NCBI GenBank assembly: GCA_965219415.1
Contig: CBDCNP010000002.1
Coordinates: 3,904,001 to 3,968,000, forward strand
Direction of reading: 5' to 3'
DNA length: 64,000 nucleotides
Origin: Candidatus Marinacidobacterales bacterium
GTDB taxonomy: Bacteria > Acidobacteriota > Vicinamibacteria > Marinacidobacterales > DATDRI01
The position numbers and the translations under genes were made by a program. Under the pieces are notes generated by a model that was not told the DNA's origin, searched no databases, and worked only from the letters and a program-made list of their open reading frames with translations. Of the stretch, positions 39,928-50,239 are shown piece by piece (within the stretch, counting starts at the first letter, position 1; every line of letters begins with the position of its first letter).

Positions 39928-40071
39928 GGGTCTCCGCGAAGTTCGAGAACGCCTCCAGGATTCGGGCTTTCGGCTCAGCTCGAATTTTCGGACACGACGG
40001 GGTCTCCGCGAATTTCGACAACACCTCCAAGATTCGGGCTTTCGACTCCGTTCGCATTTTCGGAGATGACG
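39928..40071. repeat. 72-bp tandem repeat x2, each unit ending in an rve-B-like terminus
   Basis: Units at 39928 and 40000 with 10 mismatches; ends TTTTCGGACACGACG and TTTTCGGAGATGACG. Confidence 0.85.
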
Positions 40072-40319
40072 CGGTTCGGATCAGTTGAGGATTTTGTCAC
40101 GTCGGCCCTGAGCCTGAGGAGCACCAGCGATTCCCGAAACTGCTCTCAGGGCCTTGGCCTGTCGAATGCAGGCGGCCGATAGCTCAGCGAGCTATGTGGT
40201 TGCATGCGGTTGTGCGCTGAACGTTGGCGCCGTCCCCCACGGCATCACGATCTGGGGGGGCGGCGGCTCATGCAGCTCGAGTTTGTGGAAGGGACAGGGC
40301 ATTGCAGCACCCGAAAGCC

Positions 40320-40866
40320 TCAGTGGACGGTGAGGATGGCGGAGATAGTGACGATGCTGTCGAAAAAATGGCCAAGCCGGATGTTCTCGTTGGGACTGTG
40401 CTGGTTGTTGTCGAAATTGACCGTGGGAACCACCATGGCTGGGAACCCCAGTGCCTGGATGAAAGGAGAGATGGGAACGGTCCCTCCCATCGTTCGCATA
40501 CGCACCGGGGAGACGTTTCACATTTCGGTGATGGCTTCGACGAGGCGCCCGGCCACCGCGTTGTCGGGCTCCGTGCGAAACGCGTTCGTCCCGGAACCTC
40601 GACGTTGTACCCGGACGATGCGCCCATGGGCGGCGCGCGTGGCGTCATCGGGGTCGTCATACACGACGTGATAGCCCTGGGCCCGAATGTGCCGCATTAC
40701 CTTCTCGTACATCGCATCGGCGTCCGTCTCCTTGACGAGACGCACGTCGATCGCAGCGACGGCCTGATCCGGAACGACAGTCCGGGCTTCGCGGCCCACC
40801 CAGGCGCTTCGAAGCCCCCGGACGTTCAAGGACGGGTACTGAATCGCCTCCTGAAGCGACGAGCCC
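40320..40866 (-). pseudogene. M20-family peptidase 3' fragment with internal TGA
   Basis: PSLNVRG..AAIDVRLV..GGTVP..NNQHSPNEN; TGA at 40518-40520; cut by an rve-A end. Confidence 0.85.
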
Positions 40867-40925
40867 CGTCCTGTGCCAAAACTCGGCCCTTTTGAAATAG
40901 ACCATAAATCAGCAGCTTAGTGTCT
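40867..40925. mobile_element. rve-A left end
   Basis: CGTCCTGTGCCAAAACTCGGCCCTTTTGAAATAGACCATAAATCAGCAGCTTAG. Confidence 0.88.
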
Positions 40926-41212
40926 ATGGTGCGCTCCCGTGAACGGCTTGGCGGGTTGCTACGTTTCTACCATCGGGAAGCAGCATGAGTATTTTGACCT
41001 CACGGGCATTATTTATCCTTCGCTCGCCTCCTCGGCTCGCTCGGCAGGCCGGGCTCTTTGCCCGCGGGCGCCTCGGTTCGAAGGCGGGCGCTTCGACGTC
41101 CACAATGCTTGAGCTACTGAACCAACAGGAACTCCGCCGTCGGTTGCCATGCCCGCTGGCCGGGTCTAGACTTCCGCTTTGGGTTGTGACGATTGGAATG
41201 GGAGCGTTGTCA

Positions 41213-41335
41213 ATGAAGCGAATCGCCGGCTGGGCTCTTGGTGTGATGTTTATCGGAGGCTCCCTGGGTGCTGCCGAACTACAGGTTGGTGACGAGGCAC
41301 CCGACTTCGAGCTCCAAGGCACCGACGGAAAGTCC
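41213..41335 (+). pseudogene. AhpC/TSA peroxiredoxin-like 5' fragment
   Basis: Signal peptide plus LQVGDEAPDFELQGTDGK, cut by the IS1 IR. Confidence 0.75.
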
Positions 41336-42536
41336 GGTGCTTCCGCCATCAAATGTTGCTACGCGGCTGCGGGCAGTGGTGCAGGTGCGGAAGAGAGCGG
41401 GTTGCGCGCCCTAGTGAGCAGGAAAACCTCGATCCGCGACCACAAAGGAATCGTCGTCGCCAAGAAGATGTCTCGAAAGGTGAGCCGTCGCGTGGTGAGA
41501 CCGGCTTGCATAGCCGGAGTTCGGATCTCACGTCCGAACTTCAGAGCTCCGGTGCGGTCGGACGAAGTTGTAATAGCAACGGAGCAACTCCAGGTGCTCA
41601 TCGAGCCTCTCCGTCGAGCGAGCGTGGGAAAGCGTTCGTCTCGAAAGGTATGCCGAGCTTTGCCGGATGGTCAGATTCAACCGCTCGATGAACGACGTGT
41701 TCAATGTCGAAGAGTCCTCGGAGTTATTGAGCGCGTCTTCGAATCGCCACGCGGCTCCGTGCAGCACTCTCCGTTCGACCTTGATGATACGATCGTTCCT
41801 GCGCGTCTTGAGGACCTGGCCGTAGAGACACGCTGGACCGAAGAAGCGACGGATGACTTTCTGGTAGAATTCGAATCCATCCGTGACGATCAAGGGAAGA
41901 CGCTCGAAATTCATCCGTCTCGAAAGGTCGCGAAACAGAGCGTGAGTGTTCCGGTAGCTTCGCCTTCCCGTCACCGTCGATGGCCAGAGCCGAGACCAGA
42001 CTTCGATTGTAACGAAGACCCAACTCGGTGTCTTCTTGTTGCCCGCGAACGTGCGAATCTCGTCGGCTTGAAGCTCTTCGGCAGCGAAGCCGGCGATCCT
42101 TCTGTGATTGAATCGACGACACACTTGGGCTGCCTTCTCGAGCCAGCGGGCGATGGTGTTCCAGGCAATCCCTTTGATCCGGGAAATCGCGGAAATGCTG
42201 ACACCCTCGACTCTGAGAGCGATGACCCCATCGAAAGTAGCTCTTCGATGTTGGAGACGGTAGTAGGGCGTGCCTTTCGTCGAGGAGAACGTCTTTCCGC
42301 ACTCGCCGCACCGGTATCGACGGAGTTTTCCGGACCTGGTTCGGTAGAATCCGTGGCGAACGATGTTTCCGGAACTGACTTTGCCCTGCAACGGACATGC
42401 GAGATTGAGACATCTGCGATTCTTCACTTCGGCTCGGCCCTTACGATGAGAGAACTGTGTCTTCGGAATTCTGGCTCAAACTCTAGCACGCAGACCGGTT
42501 AGGGGCTGGCCGCCAACACTTAATTGCGGAAGCACC
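41336..42536 (-). mobile_element. IS1-family element, 1201 bp
   Basis: IRs GGTGCTTCCGC(A/C)AT(T/C)AA(G/A)TGTTG; single zinc-ribbon/HTH/DDE ORF. Confidence 0.85.
41359..42427 (-). pseudogene. IS1-family transposase, +1 frameshift near the 3' end
   Basis: CLNLAC..RYRCGECGKTF, ADE, TDG, ERLN; an extra C near 41551 relative to the copy at 63765. Confidence 0.82.
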
Positions 42537-42537
42537 C

Positions 42538-42608
42538 CGTCCTGTGCCAAAACTCGGTTCTTTTGAAATAGACCATCAATACAGGGTTGTGATCCGCAAA
42601 AAAGAAGA
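42538..42608. mobile_element. Adjacent rve-A left end and rve-C end
   Basis: CGTCCTGTGCCAAAA at 42538; GGTTGTGATCCGCAAAAAAGAAGA at 42585. Confidence 0.8.
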
Positions 42609-42749
42609 TCGCGTATTGACGGGCAGACAGCCATGGGAGTTGAGGTCCTGCGAACTCGTGTTCGCCTCGGTGGAGGTTCTGCACTCTGTCGCTGCCGGGC
42701 CACCGACGCAATAACGTGCTCGAGAAAGAACGCTTTGTTCCCCGCGAGA

Positions 42750-42869
42750 ATCGACGGCTACCAACGTTTGAGCGAGGTTCTCGAACACGCGGAGGTTGCC
42801 GCGTGATCTGATACCCTGATGACCGAGTGGAGGGCGCCGTTCTTTTTCCACGGACCTCGGGACACATCC
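42750..42869 (+). mobile_element. IS256-family 3' end remnant
   Basis: Near-identical to 44818-44937. Confidence 0.8.
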
Positions 42870-43024
42870 CACGAATGGATTCATGCACCAAGACCCTGCG
42901 ACCTCATTGAAGCGTTTCCAGTGGATCGGAAGTGGAAGAGGATTCATAATTTCCGCAGTCAGATGATTGCGCCCCAGACGCCGACCGACTGGATCCTTGA
43001 CCCAGACGACGAGGAGGACACGAA

Positions 43025-44116
43025 ATGACATGCAGATACGGATCAACGGCTGCCATTGCCTTGGCGACGATGCTAGTCGTGGGCTGCTCCGGCCCGTCGG
43101 GCGAATCGTTAACCGTCGTTTCCTGGGGTGGAGCTTACGCCCAGGCCGTCCGAAAGGGCTATATCGAGCCTTTCGTGGCCGAAACCGGCGTCGAGGTCCG
43201 CCTTGAGGACTACAACGGGGGCCTAGCCCAGGTGCGCGCGCAGGTCGAGGCCGGCAAAGTGCACTGGGATGTGGTCGACTTCGAGATCGCCGATGCGGTC
43301 AGCGGCTGCGACGAAGGTCTACTGGAGCCGATCGACGCGACCGCGCTCCCACCCGCTTCTGACGGGACACCGGCCGTGGACGACTTCCTGCCCGACACGC
43401 TGCTGGACTGCAGTGTGGGTACACTGTTCTATTCCACCGTCTATGCCTACAACGCCGAGCGTATCCCGGGCGACAAACCGGCAACAATCGACGACTTCTT
43501 CGACCTGGAGCGCTTTCCGGGTCGCCGCGGGATGCGCCGCACACCGCTCGTCAATCTGGAGTTCGCGCTGATCGCCGCCGGCGTGCCAGTCAGTGAGGTG
43601 TACACTACGCTCGACACGTCAGCTGGAGTAGACCGGGCCTTTCGTAAGCTCGACACCATCAAAGAACAGGTGGTGTGGTGGGAAGCCGGTGCGCAGCCAC
43701 CGCAAATGCTCGCAGACGGCGAAGTGGTCATGAGCACCGCTTACAACGGCCGCATCTTCAATGCGCAGGTGATCGAGAGCCAACCTTTCGTGATCGTTTG
43801 GGACGGCCAAGTGCTGGACGCAGGCCAGCTTGGCATCGTCGCTGGCACGCGGAACCTCGAGACTGCGTTGGAGTTCGTCCGGTTTGCCACAACTGCGGAG
43901 TCGATGGCGGCCGTCAGCGGCCACATTGCCTACAGCCCCGTGCGCCGGTCGGGCCTGCCGCTGGTCGGGACGCACGTCGAGGCCGGTATCGACATGACCT
44001 CCCACATGCCAACCCACCCAGAGAATACCGTGCGCGTCCTGCAGAGCAACTGGTTGTGGTGGAGCGACCACATGGACACGATGAACGAGCGTTTCAGCGC
44101 GTGGCTAGCCCAGTGA
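43025..44116 (+). CDS. Polyamine-type ABC transporter substrate-binding lipoprotein
   Basis: VVGC lipobox; LTVVSWGG, WDVVD, FPGRRGMR, AYNGR. Confidence 0.88.
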   Translation: MTCRYGSTAAIALATMLVVGCSGPSGESLTVVSWGGAYAQAVRKGYIEPFVAETGVEVRLEDYNGGLAQVRAQVEAGKVHWDVVDFEIADAVSGCDEGLLEPIDATALPPASDGTPAVDDFLPDTLLDCSVGTLFYSTVYAYNAERIPGDKPATIDDFFDLERFPGRRGMRRTPLVNLEFALIAAGVPVSEVYTTLDTSAGVDRAFRKLDTIKEQVVWWEAGAQPPQMLADGEVVMSTAYNGRIFNAQVIESQPFVIVWDGQVLDAGQLGIVAGTRNLETALEFVRFATTAESMAAVSGHIAYSPVRRSGLPLVGTHVEAGIDMTSHMPTHPENTVRVLQSNWLWWSDHMDTMNERFSAWLAQ

Positions 44117-44329
44117 ACCAGCAGCGCGACTGGGGAAACGAGTAATGGCAGTCAAGATGACACCGCTTTCACGTCTGAAGCCTTATGCACGCAATCCGCG
44201 CCACCGACCCGCAGCAGCGGTTGCGGCTGTGGCGGAGAGTCTTCGGCAGTTCGGGTGGCGGCAACCGATCGCTGCCTGACCAGCGCGGAGTCATCGCCGC
44301 AGGGCATACGCGCTACTTCGCGGCGCTCA

Positions 44330-44426
44330 AGAGCGCGAACAAACGACGAAATCATGCAGGCATGGTGCCGGCAGACCGGAGACTAATCAAGTTCGGTGCG
44401 CGCGGATGAATAAATAGAAGGCACAG
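44330..44426 (-). mobile_element. rve family D left end plus start-codon region
   Basis: End matches 39622; MISSFVRAL matches 9550. Confidence 0.65.
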
Positions 44427-44427
44427 C

Positions 44428-44937
44428 CGGTTGCAGCGATGTACCGAGCACAAGCGCGCCAACTTGCTCCAACATTGCCCGGCGCACGCACGCCGTGAGC
44501 TCCGGCGTGACTACAACCGGATCGTCTACGCCAAGAACGGGTTCGATGCTCGCAAAGCCTATGACGAGCTCGTCGCCAAGTGGACGCCTCTCGCGCCGGC
44601 CGTCGTCCGAAGCCTAGAGGAGGCCGGTAATCAGCTGCTGACCTTCTACGAATTCCCTCGTGCCATGTGGAAATCGATTCGAACGACCAAAGCTCTGGAG
44701 AATCTCAACCGCGAGTTTCGACGCCGGCCGAAAACCCAAGCGTCGTTCTCCAGCGAGGAGTCTGCGGTCGCTTTGCTGTTTGGGCTTATCGCCTCTGGCC
44801 AGATTCAACTACGACGCATCGACGGCTACCAACGTCTGAGCGAGGTTCTCGAACACGCGGAGGTTGCCGCCTGATATGATACTCTGATGACGGAGTGGAG
44901 GGCGCCGTTCTTTTTCCACGAACCTCGGGACACATCC
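44428..44937 (+). mobile_element. IS256-family 3' half
   Basis: QRCTEHK, LTFYEFP..IRTTKALENLNREFRRR. Confidence 0.85.
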
Positions 44938-45409
44938 TGCGGCTGCGTGCCGCGCCACTGCCTACGCAGATCAGGGTCGAAGGATTACATCGCACCCTGG
45001 GGTTGTGATGTAATATCTCTAACAAGGACTGGTACAAAACTTCGGCCTGGCCATGCCCACCCACCGACGGTTCGACTCCCGAAATTCTGCTGCTTGCCGA
45101 AACTGAAGCTCGTCGATGGAATGGAGAAGCACATGATCATCCGCGCACTTCACAGAGGAACGCGCGTCGCCGAACTCGCGCGGCTCAACTACGAGCGTGA
45201 ACTCTCGGAGCACTTCACCTTGATGCTCTCGGAGTTCAGCAAGCGTCTCATAAACAATGTCTCCCTGCTCGAATGAAACCGTTGTTCTCTCTGTTGAGAG
45301 AACAGAAGCGAGATGATCTATGTCGCTTTCGTGGAGAACAACCACTGGAAGCTGCTGAGTGTTATGGGTTGGTACGGTTAGTGCTCCGTAATCGTAAAAG
45401 GACCAGTAC

Positions 45410-46519
45410 GTGACGACTCGTGACGATCCCCATGTCGAGTTCGATGACATAGGCAAGAGCTACGACGGCCGCGTCATGGCCGTTCAGGGGTTCAGTCTGG
45501 CCGTGTACCGGGGAGAGTTCCTGAGCCTGCTCGGGCCTTCCGGCTCCGGAAAGACCACTTGCCTGATGATGCTCGCCGGGTTCGAGACCGCTACTTCGGG
45601 CGCCATCCGCATCGACGGGCGATCGGTGCATACGTTGCCGCCCCGCAAGCGGGGGATCGGCATGGTGTTCCAGGACTACGCGCTCTTTCCGCACATGACG
45701 GTGGAAGACAACCTTGCCTTCCCGCTGGATGTGCGCGGCATCCCCCGCGAGCAGCGGCGGGAGCGTGTGGAACGCGCGCTTCGGCTGGTTCGCCTGGAAG
45801 GCTTGCAGAACCGGCGACCGGGCCAACTCTCCGGCGGGCAGCAGCAGCGCGTAGCGATCGCCCGGGCCCTGGTATTCGAACCCGATCTGGTGCTGATGGA
45901 CGAGCCTCTGGGCGCCCTCGACCGGCATCTGCGTGAGGAGATGCAGTACGAGATCCGGCGCATCCACCGCACCCTTGGAGTGACCATTGTCTACGTGACC
46001 CACGACCAGCAGGAAGCGATGGTTATGTCGGACCGCATCGCCGTGCTGCGCGATGGCAGGATCGAGCAGGTCGCTCCCCCGGAAGCGCTCTACGAGGAGC
46101 CGGAGCGTTCGTTCGTGGCGCGCTTCATCGGCGAGAACAACCGCCTGCACGGACGCGTTGTCTCGATTCACAAGGACATCTGCGATGTGCAGGTGGGCGA
46201 ATACATCGTACAGGGTTTGCAAATCGCGCCCTGCAGGCCCGGCGACGCCACCACGCTCTCGATCCGGCCCGAGCGGGTCGCGGTTGCGCCCAAGCCAGGC
46301 ATGTACACCAACGAGTTCGACGCGAAGATTCAGGACATCACCTTCGTGGGCGACCATCTGCGCATCCGCGTCGAGGCATGCGGCCGCTCGGACTTCGTCG
46401 TCAAGATCCCAAACATGGTGGGGCACGGTGCCGTGCTGGAAGGTGACCGGATCCGCATCGGTTGGACGCCCACCGATTGCCGGGTGCTGGATCTGGACGG
46501 CGAAGAGGACTCGACGTGA
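45410..46519 (+). CDS. potA: Polyamine ABC transporter ATP-binding subunit
   Basis: GPSGSGKT, VFQDYALFPHMTV, LSGGQQQR, DEPLGALD, TOBE tail. Confidence 0.88.
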   Translation: MTTRDDPHVEFDDIGKSYDGRVMAVQGFSLAVYRGEFLSLLGPSGSGKTTCLMMLAGFETATSGAIRIDGRSVHTLPPRKRGIGMVFQDYALFPHMTVEDNLAFPLDVRGIPREQRRERVERALRLVRLEGLQNRRPGQLSGGQQQRVAIARALVFEPDLVLMDEPLGALDRHLREEMQYEIRRIHRTLGVTIVYVTHDQQEAMVMSDRIAVLRDGRIEQVAPPEALYEEPERSFVARFIGENNRLHGRVVSIHKDICDVQVGEYIVQGLQIAPCRPGDATTLSIRPERVAVAPKPGMYTNEFDAKIQDITFVGDHLRIRVEACGRSDFVVKIPNMVGHGAVLEGDRIRIGWTPTDCRVLDLDGEEDST

Positions 46520-47657
46520 GACAGGTGAGCGGTGCAATGGGGGGCCGCGCGTCAGGGTATCCAGTTCTTAGCGCGGTACGGGCCGTCGGGCTGGCCACCC
46601 TCGCGGCGCTTTGCGCGGGCTGCGCGGAGGAGGATGGCGGCGAATCGCTGACCGTGGCCTCCTGGGGCGGTTCCTACGCGCACGCCTGCGCCATGGCTTA
46701 CCACAATCCGTTCGTCACGGAGACCGGCATCGGCATCGACCTGGAGGTTTACAACGGCGGTCTGGCACAGATCCGCGCGCAGGTCGACGTGGGCCGCGTA
46801 CACTGGGACGTCGTCGACATGGAGATAGCCGACGCGGTGCGCGGCTGCGACGAAGGGCTCCTCGAGCCGGTCGACTCCGCCATGCTGCCGCCCGCGCCCG
46901 ACGGCACGCCGGCGGCGGAGGATTTCTTTCCCCAGACGCTGACCGAGTGCGGCGTAGGTACCCTGTTCTACTCGACCGCTGTCGCATACAGCGAAGAGAA
47001 CATCGTCGGCCCGAAACCAGATACGCTGGACGACTTCTTCGGTCTGAATGCCTTTCCGGGACGCCGCGGGATGCGCCGTACGCCATTGGGCAACTTGGAG
47101 TTCGCGCTCATGGCCGACGCGGTGCTAGTGGACGAGGTGTATGCTACGCTGGACAACTCTGGAGGGACTGGAGCGGGCCTTTCGTAAACTGGACACGATC
47201 AAGGACCAGATTGTCTGGTGGGAGGCAGGCGCCCAGGCGCCGCAGATGCTCGCCCGACGGCGAGGTGATAATGACCGCGGCCTACAACGGCCGCATCTTC
47301 AACGCCCAGGTGCTGGAGAGCCAGCCCTTCGTCATCATCTGGGACGGCCAGCTACTGGACATCGGACAGTTGGTGGTGGTGAGTGGGACCCCGAACCTGG
47401 ATGCGGCGATGCGCTTCCTAGCCTTCGCGACGACGTCCAACTCCATGGCGGCGGTCGGACGCTACATCTCCTATAGTCCGGCGCGCTATTCGGGACTACC
47501 CCTGGTCACGACGCACCTGGAGACCGGCGTGGACATCCAGCCGTACATGCCCACCCATCCCAGGAACCTCACCCGGGCGCTGCACAGCGACTGGGAGTGG
47601 TGGGCGGATCACATGGACGAAATGAACGAGCGCTTCAGTTCGTGGCTGGCACGCTGA
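46516..47657 (+). pseudogene. ABC substrate-binding lipoprotein, two frameshifts
   Basis: Paralog of 43025-44116; frame changes near 47158 and 47255. Confidence 0.85.
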
Positions 47658-47676
47658 TTGCCGGCGGAGCTCGATC

Positions 47677-48891
47677 GTGAGCCCGGGAGCGATCCGGCGC
47701 AGGCCCGGACTCCGGCCGAGGCTGCGAGCGGCGGGGCTGGCGCTGCCGCTGTTGGCCTTCGTGGGCGTGACCTTTGTCGCGCCGCTGGCGTCGATGCTTG
47801 CCCACAGCTTCTACGACCCGGTGGTCGCCGACGCGCTTCCGGAGACGCTCGCCCTGCTTGAGGCGTGGGATGGGGAGACCGCCCCCGGCGAGGCGGTGTT
47901 CGAAGCCGCGGCGCGCGAACTGGTGGGCGCACAGGAGGAGCGGATCATCGGCCGAGTTGCGGGCAGGGTCAACCGCGTCCAGGCCGGCCTACGCAGCGTC
48001 TTGGCGATCACGGGGCGCAGGTTGGCGGAAGGCTCCGGCGGTCCCGGGCGCGAAACCATGACCGGCATCGACTCCGCCTGGGGAGAGGTGCGTACCTGGC
48101 ATGCGGTGCGCACCGCCGGTGAGCGCTTCACCACGCGGCACTACCTGGCCGCGTTCGACATGCAGCGCCAGCCCGACGGCTCCATCGCGCGCCAGGATCC
48201 GGAACGGCGCATCTACCTGCGGCTCTTCGGGCGCACCCTCCTGGTGAGCCTGGGCATCACCGGGCTATGCCTCGTCCTCGGCTACCCGGTCGCTCACCTG
48301 ATCGTGCACTCACCTCCTTGGCGCGGCAGTATCCTCCTGGCGCTCGTGTTGGTTCCGTTCTGGACGTCCCTGCTCGTGCGCACGACCTCGTGGATCGTGC
48401 TACTCCAAACCCAGGGCGTCGTAAACGACCTCCTGGTCGCCCTGGGACTCGTCGACGACGACGGGCGGCTGGCTCTGGTCTACAACATGGCCGGCACCTT
48501 CGTGGCGATGGCTCACGTGCTGCTGCCCTTCATGGTGCTGCCGCTCTATTCGGTCATGCGCACCATCCCGCAATCGCACATGAGCGCGGCCACGTCGCTC
48601 GGAGCCGGCCTGGTACAGGCCTTCCGCCGCGTCTACTGGCCGCAGACGCTGCCGGGCGTGGGCGCGGGATCCCTGCTCGTGTTCATCCTCGCGATTGGCT
48701 ACTACATCACCCCGGCGCTGGTGGGGGGCAGCACCGGCCAGCTTATCTCCAACATGGTCGCATACCACATGCAGACCTCGCTCAACTGGGGTCTTGCATC
48801 GGCACTCGGTGGAACAATCCTCGTGTACGTGACCGGTCTGTATCTCCTCTACGACCGCATCGCCGGTGCCGAACGCATGAGCCGGGGCTGA
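47677..48891 (+). CDS. Polyamine ABC permease (PotB-like)
   Basis: LGYPVA, PFWTSLLVRT, LPFMVLPLY, SLGA, YYITPALVGG. Confidence 0.88.
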   Translation: MSPGAIRRRPGLRPRLRAAGLALPLLAFVGVTFVAPLASMLAHSFYDPVVADALPETLALLEAWDGETAPGEAVFEAAARELVGAQEERIIGRVAGRVNRVQAGLRSVLAITGRRLAEGSGGPGRETMTGIDSAWGEVRTWHAVRTAGERFTTRHYLAAFDMQRQPDGSIARQDPERRIYLRLFGRTLLVSLGITGLCLVLGYPVAHLIVHSPPWRGSILLALVLVPFWTSLLVRTTSWIVLLQTQGVVNDLLVALGLVDDDGRLALVYNMAGTFVAMAHVLLPFMVLPLYSVMRTIPQSHMSAATSLGAGLVQAFRRVYWPQTLPGVGAGSLLVFILAIGYYITPALVGGSTGQLISNMVAYHMQTSLNWGLASALGGTILVYVTGLYLLYDRIAGAERMSRG

Positions 48892-48892
48892 G

Positions 48893-49843
48893 ATGCAGGC
48901 CCGGGGCAGAGGAGAGCGGATCGGGCGCGGCGCATATCTGGGCTTCTGCGCGGCGGTGCTCGTCTTCCTGATGGCCCCGATCCTGGTGATCATGCCGCTG
49001 AGCTTCAACGCCGAGCCATATTTCACCTTCACCGAAGGCATGCTGCGGCTCGACCCGGAAGCCTATTCATTGCGCTGGTACCGCGAAGTCGTGACGGACG
49101 AGAAATGGACCGGTGCCCTGGCCAACAGCCTAGTCATCGGCGTGGCGGCTACCGTGCTGGCCACTTTGCTGGGCACTCTCGCCGCGCTGGGACTGTCGAG
49201 CCCGTACATGCCCGCCCGGCGTTTCGCGATGGGCTTTCTGGTCTCGCCGCTGGTGACGCCTGTAATCATTTCTGCCGCGGGCATGTTCTTCTTCTACTCG
49301 CGGCTGGGCCTGGGACAGACGCACCTGGGATTGGTTCTGGCGCACGCGGCCCTGGGCACGCCCTTCGTGGTGATCACGGTGACCGCGACCCTTACCGCCT
49401 ACAACCGAAACCTCACACGCGCCGCCGCCTCACTCGGGGCCGGACCGGTGCGCGCCTTCCGCAGCGTACAGCTCCCGCTGATCGCTCCAGGCGTTCTGTC
49501 GGGAGCGCTGTTCGCTTTCGCCACCTCGTTCGACGAGGTGGTGGTGGTACTCTTCCTCGCCGGCGTGGAGCAGCGTACCATCCCGCGCCAGATGTGGGCC
49601 GGCATCCGCGAGCAGATCAGCCCGGCCATCCTGGCCGTGGCTACTTTTTTGATCGTCTTCGCGGTGTGCCTGCTGTTTGCGGTGGCCTGGCTCAGGAGGA
49701 GGACAGCAGGGGCCATTGCCGAACCATCTTCAGCCCGGCAAGGTCAAACCCCTGGCGTCGATCGACAGGCAGGAGGTAGAGATAGTAGTGCTGTCCGAGC
49801 ACCCTGGCTACGTCAACCTCCCGTTGACTCCAATAGAAAGTGA
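48893..49843 (+). CDS. Polyamine ABC permease (PotC-like); tail after ~49712 probably foreign
   Basis: PLSF, YSLRWY, AAASLGA, FATSFDEVVV. Confidence 0.85.
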   Translation: MQARGRGERIGRGAYLGFCAAVLVFLMAPILVIMPLSFNAEPYFTFTEGMLRLDPEAYSLRWYREVVTDEKWTGALANSLVIGVAATVLATLLGTLAALGLSSPYMPARRFAMGFLVSPLVTPVIISAAGMFFFYSRLGLGQTHLGLVLAHAALGTPFVVITVTATLTAYNRNLTRAAASLGAGPVRAFRSVQLPLIAPGVLSGALFAFATSFDEVVVVLFLAGVEQRTIPRQMWAGIREQISPAILAVATFLIVFAVCLLFAVAWLRRRTAGAIAEPSSARQGQTPGVDRQAGGRDSSAVRAPWLRQPPVDSNRK

Positions 49844-49940
49844 AGGTGTTGGGCGAGACAGAATATACCGAGGCACTCGTCCCGAACCTTGGTCCGCCGT
49901 GATGCTCCTAATGTCGTATCCAGCGGCGACATTTTTCCCG

Positions 49941-50080
49941 GTAGGGTCGAGGGCTGGCGCGGTGCTCCGTAGGCGCGGCCTATCTGTTTCTCCCCGTTTC
50001 CTGTGGGAGTGCCTCACTAGCCGCACCGTAAGTCCGTTTCCAGCCCCCGCCACATCGCACGCAGCGTGCGGCCTTCCCGC
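49941..50080 (-). ncRNA. Group II intron 3' remnant (partial domain V plus domain VI)
   Basis: Minus strand GCGGGAAGGCCGCACGCTGCGTGCGATGTGGCGGGGGCTGGAAACG...GCGCCAGCCCTCGACCCTAC, ending in AC. Confidence 0.82.
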
Positions 50081-50140
50081 TTCGAGGCGCAAGCCGAAGC
50101 TGGGTAAGGTCCTCTTCTACCAAGACAAGCAGAAGACGCC

Positions 50141-50237
50141 TGTGCTCCGCAAAAAGTCTATCCAGCGTTGATTGCGCGTTTTAGACCTGCTATGGTCGGC
50201 TGCTTCTGGCCGTTCTTCTTTTTTGCGGATCACAACC
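50141..50237. mobile_element. ~95-bp MITE with rve-C ends
   Basis: TGTGCTCCGCAAAAAG ... CTTTTTTGCGGATCACA; preceded by an IS5 internal scrap at 50082-50140. Confidence 0.78.
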
Positions 50238-50239
50238 TA

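Noticed and set aside
18269-40520. In-frame stops (TAG 18269, TGA 38826, TGA 40518) as stop-codon reassignment or Sec/Pyl recoding
   Set aside because: Two different codons at positions expected to be Gln, Arg and Trp, each one transition away; both codons end intact genes normally. Ordinary nonsense mutation or sequencing error.
40985-42502. 505-aa plus-strand ORF (and 62957-63874 on the minus strand)
   Set aside because: Antisense shadow of the IS1 transposase; the first is joined to the AhpC fragment.
45060-45085. GGTTCGACTCCC T-loop-like motif (similar at ~50460)
   Set aside because: No acceptor or anticodon stems could be folded; no tRNA called.
45019-45370. Protein-like minus-strand reading (LPVVVLHESDIDHL..YETLAEL)
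   Set aside because: May be a gene fragment, but has no clear start or recognisable family, so it was not annotated.
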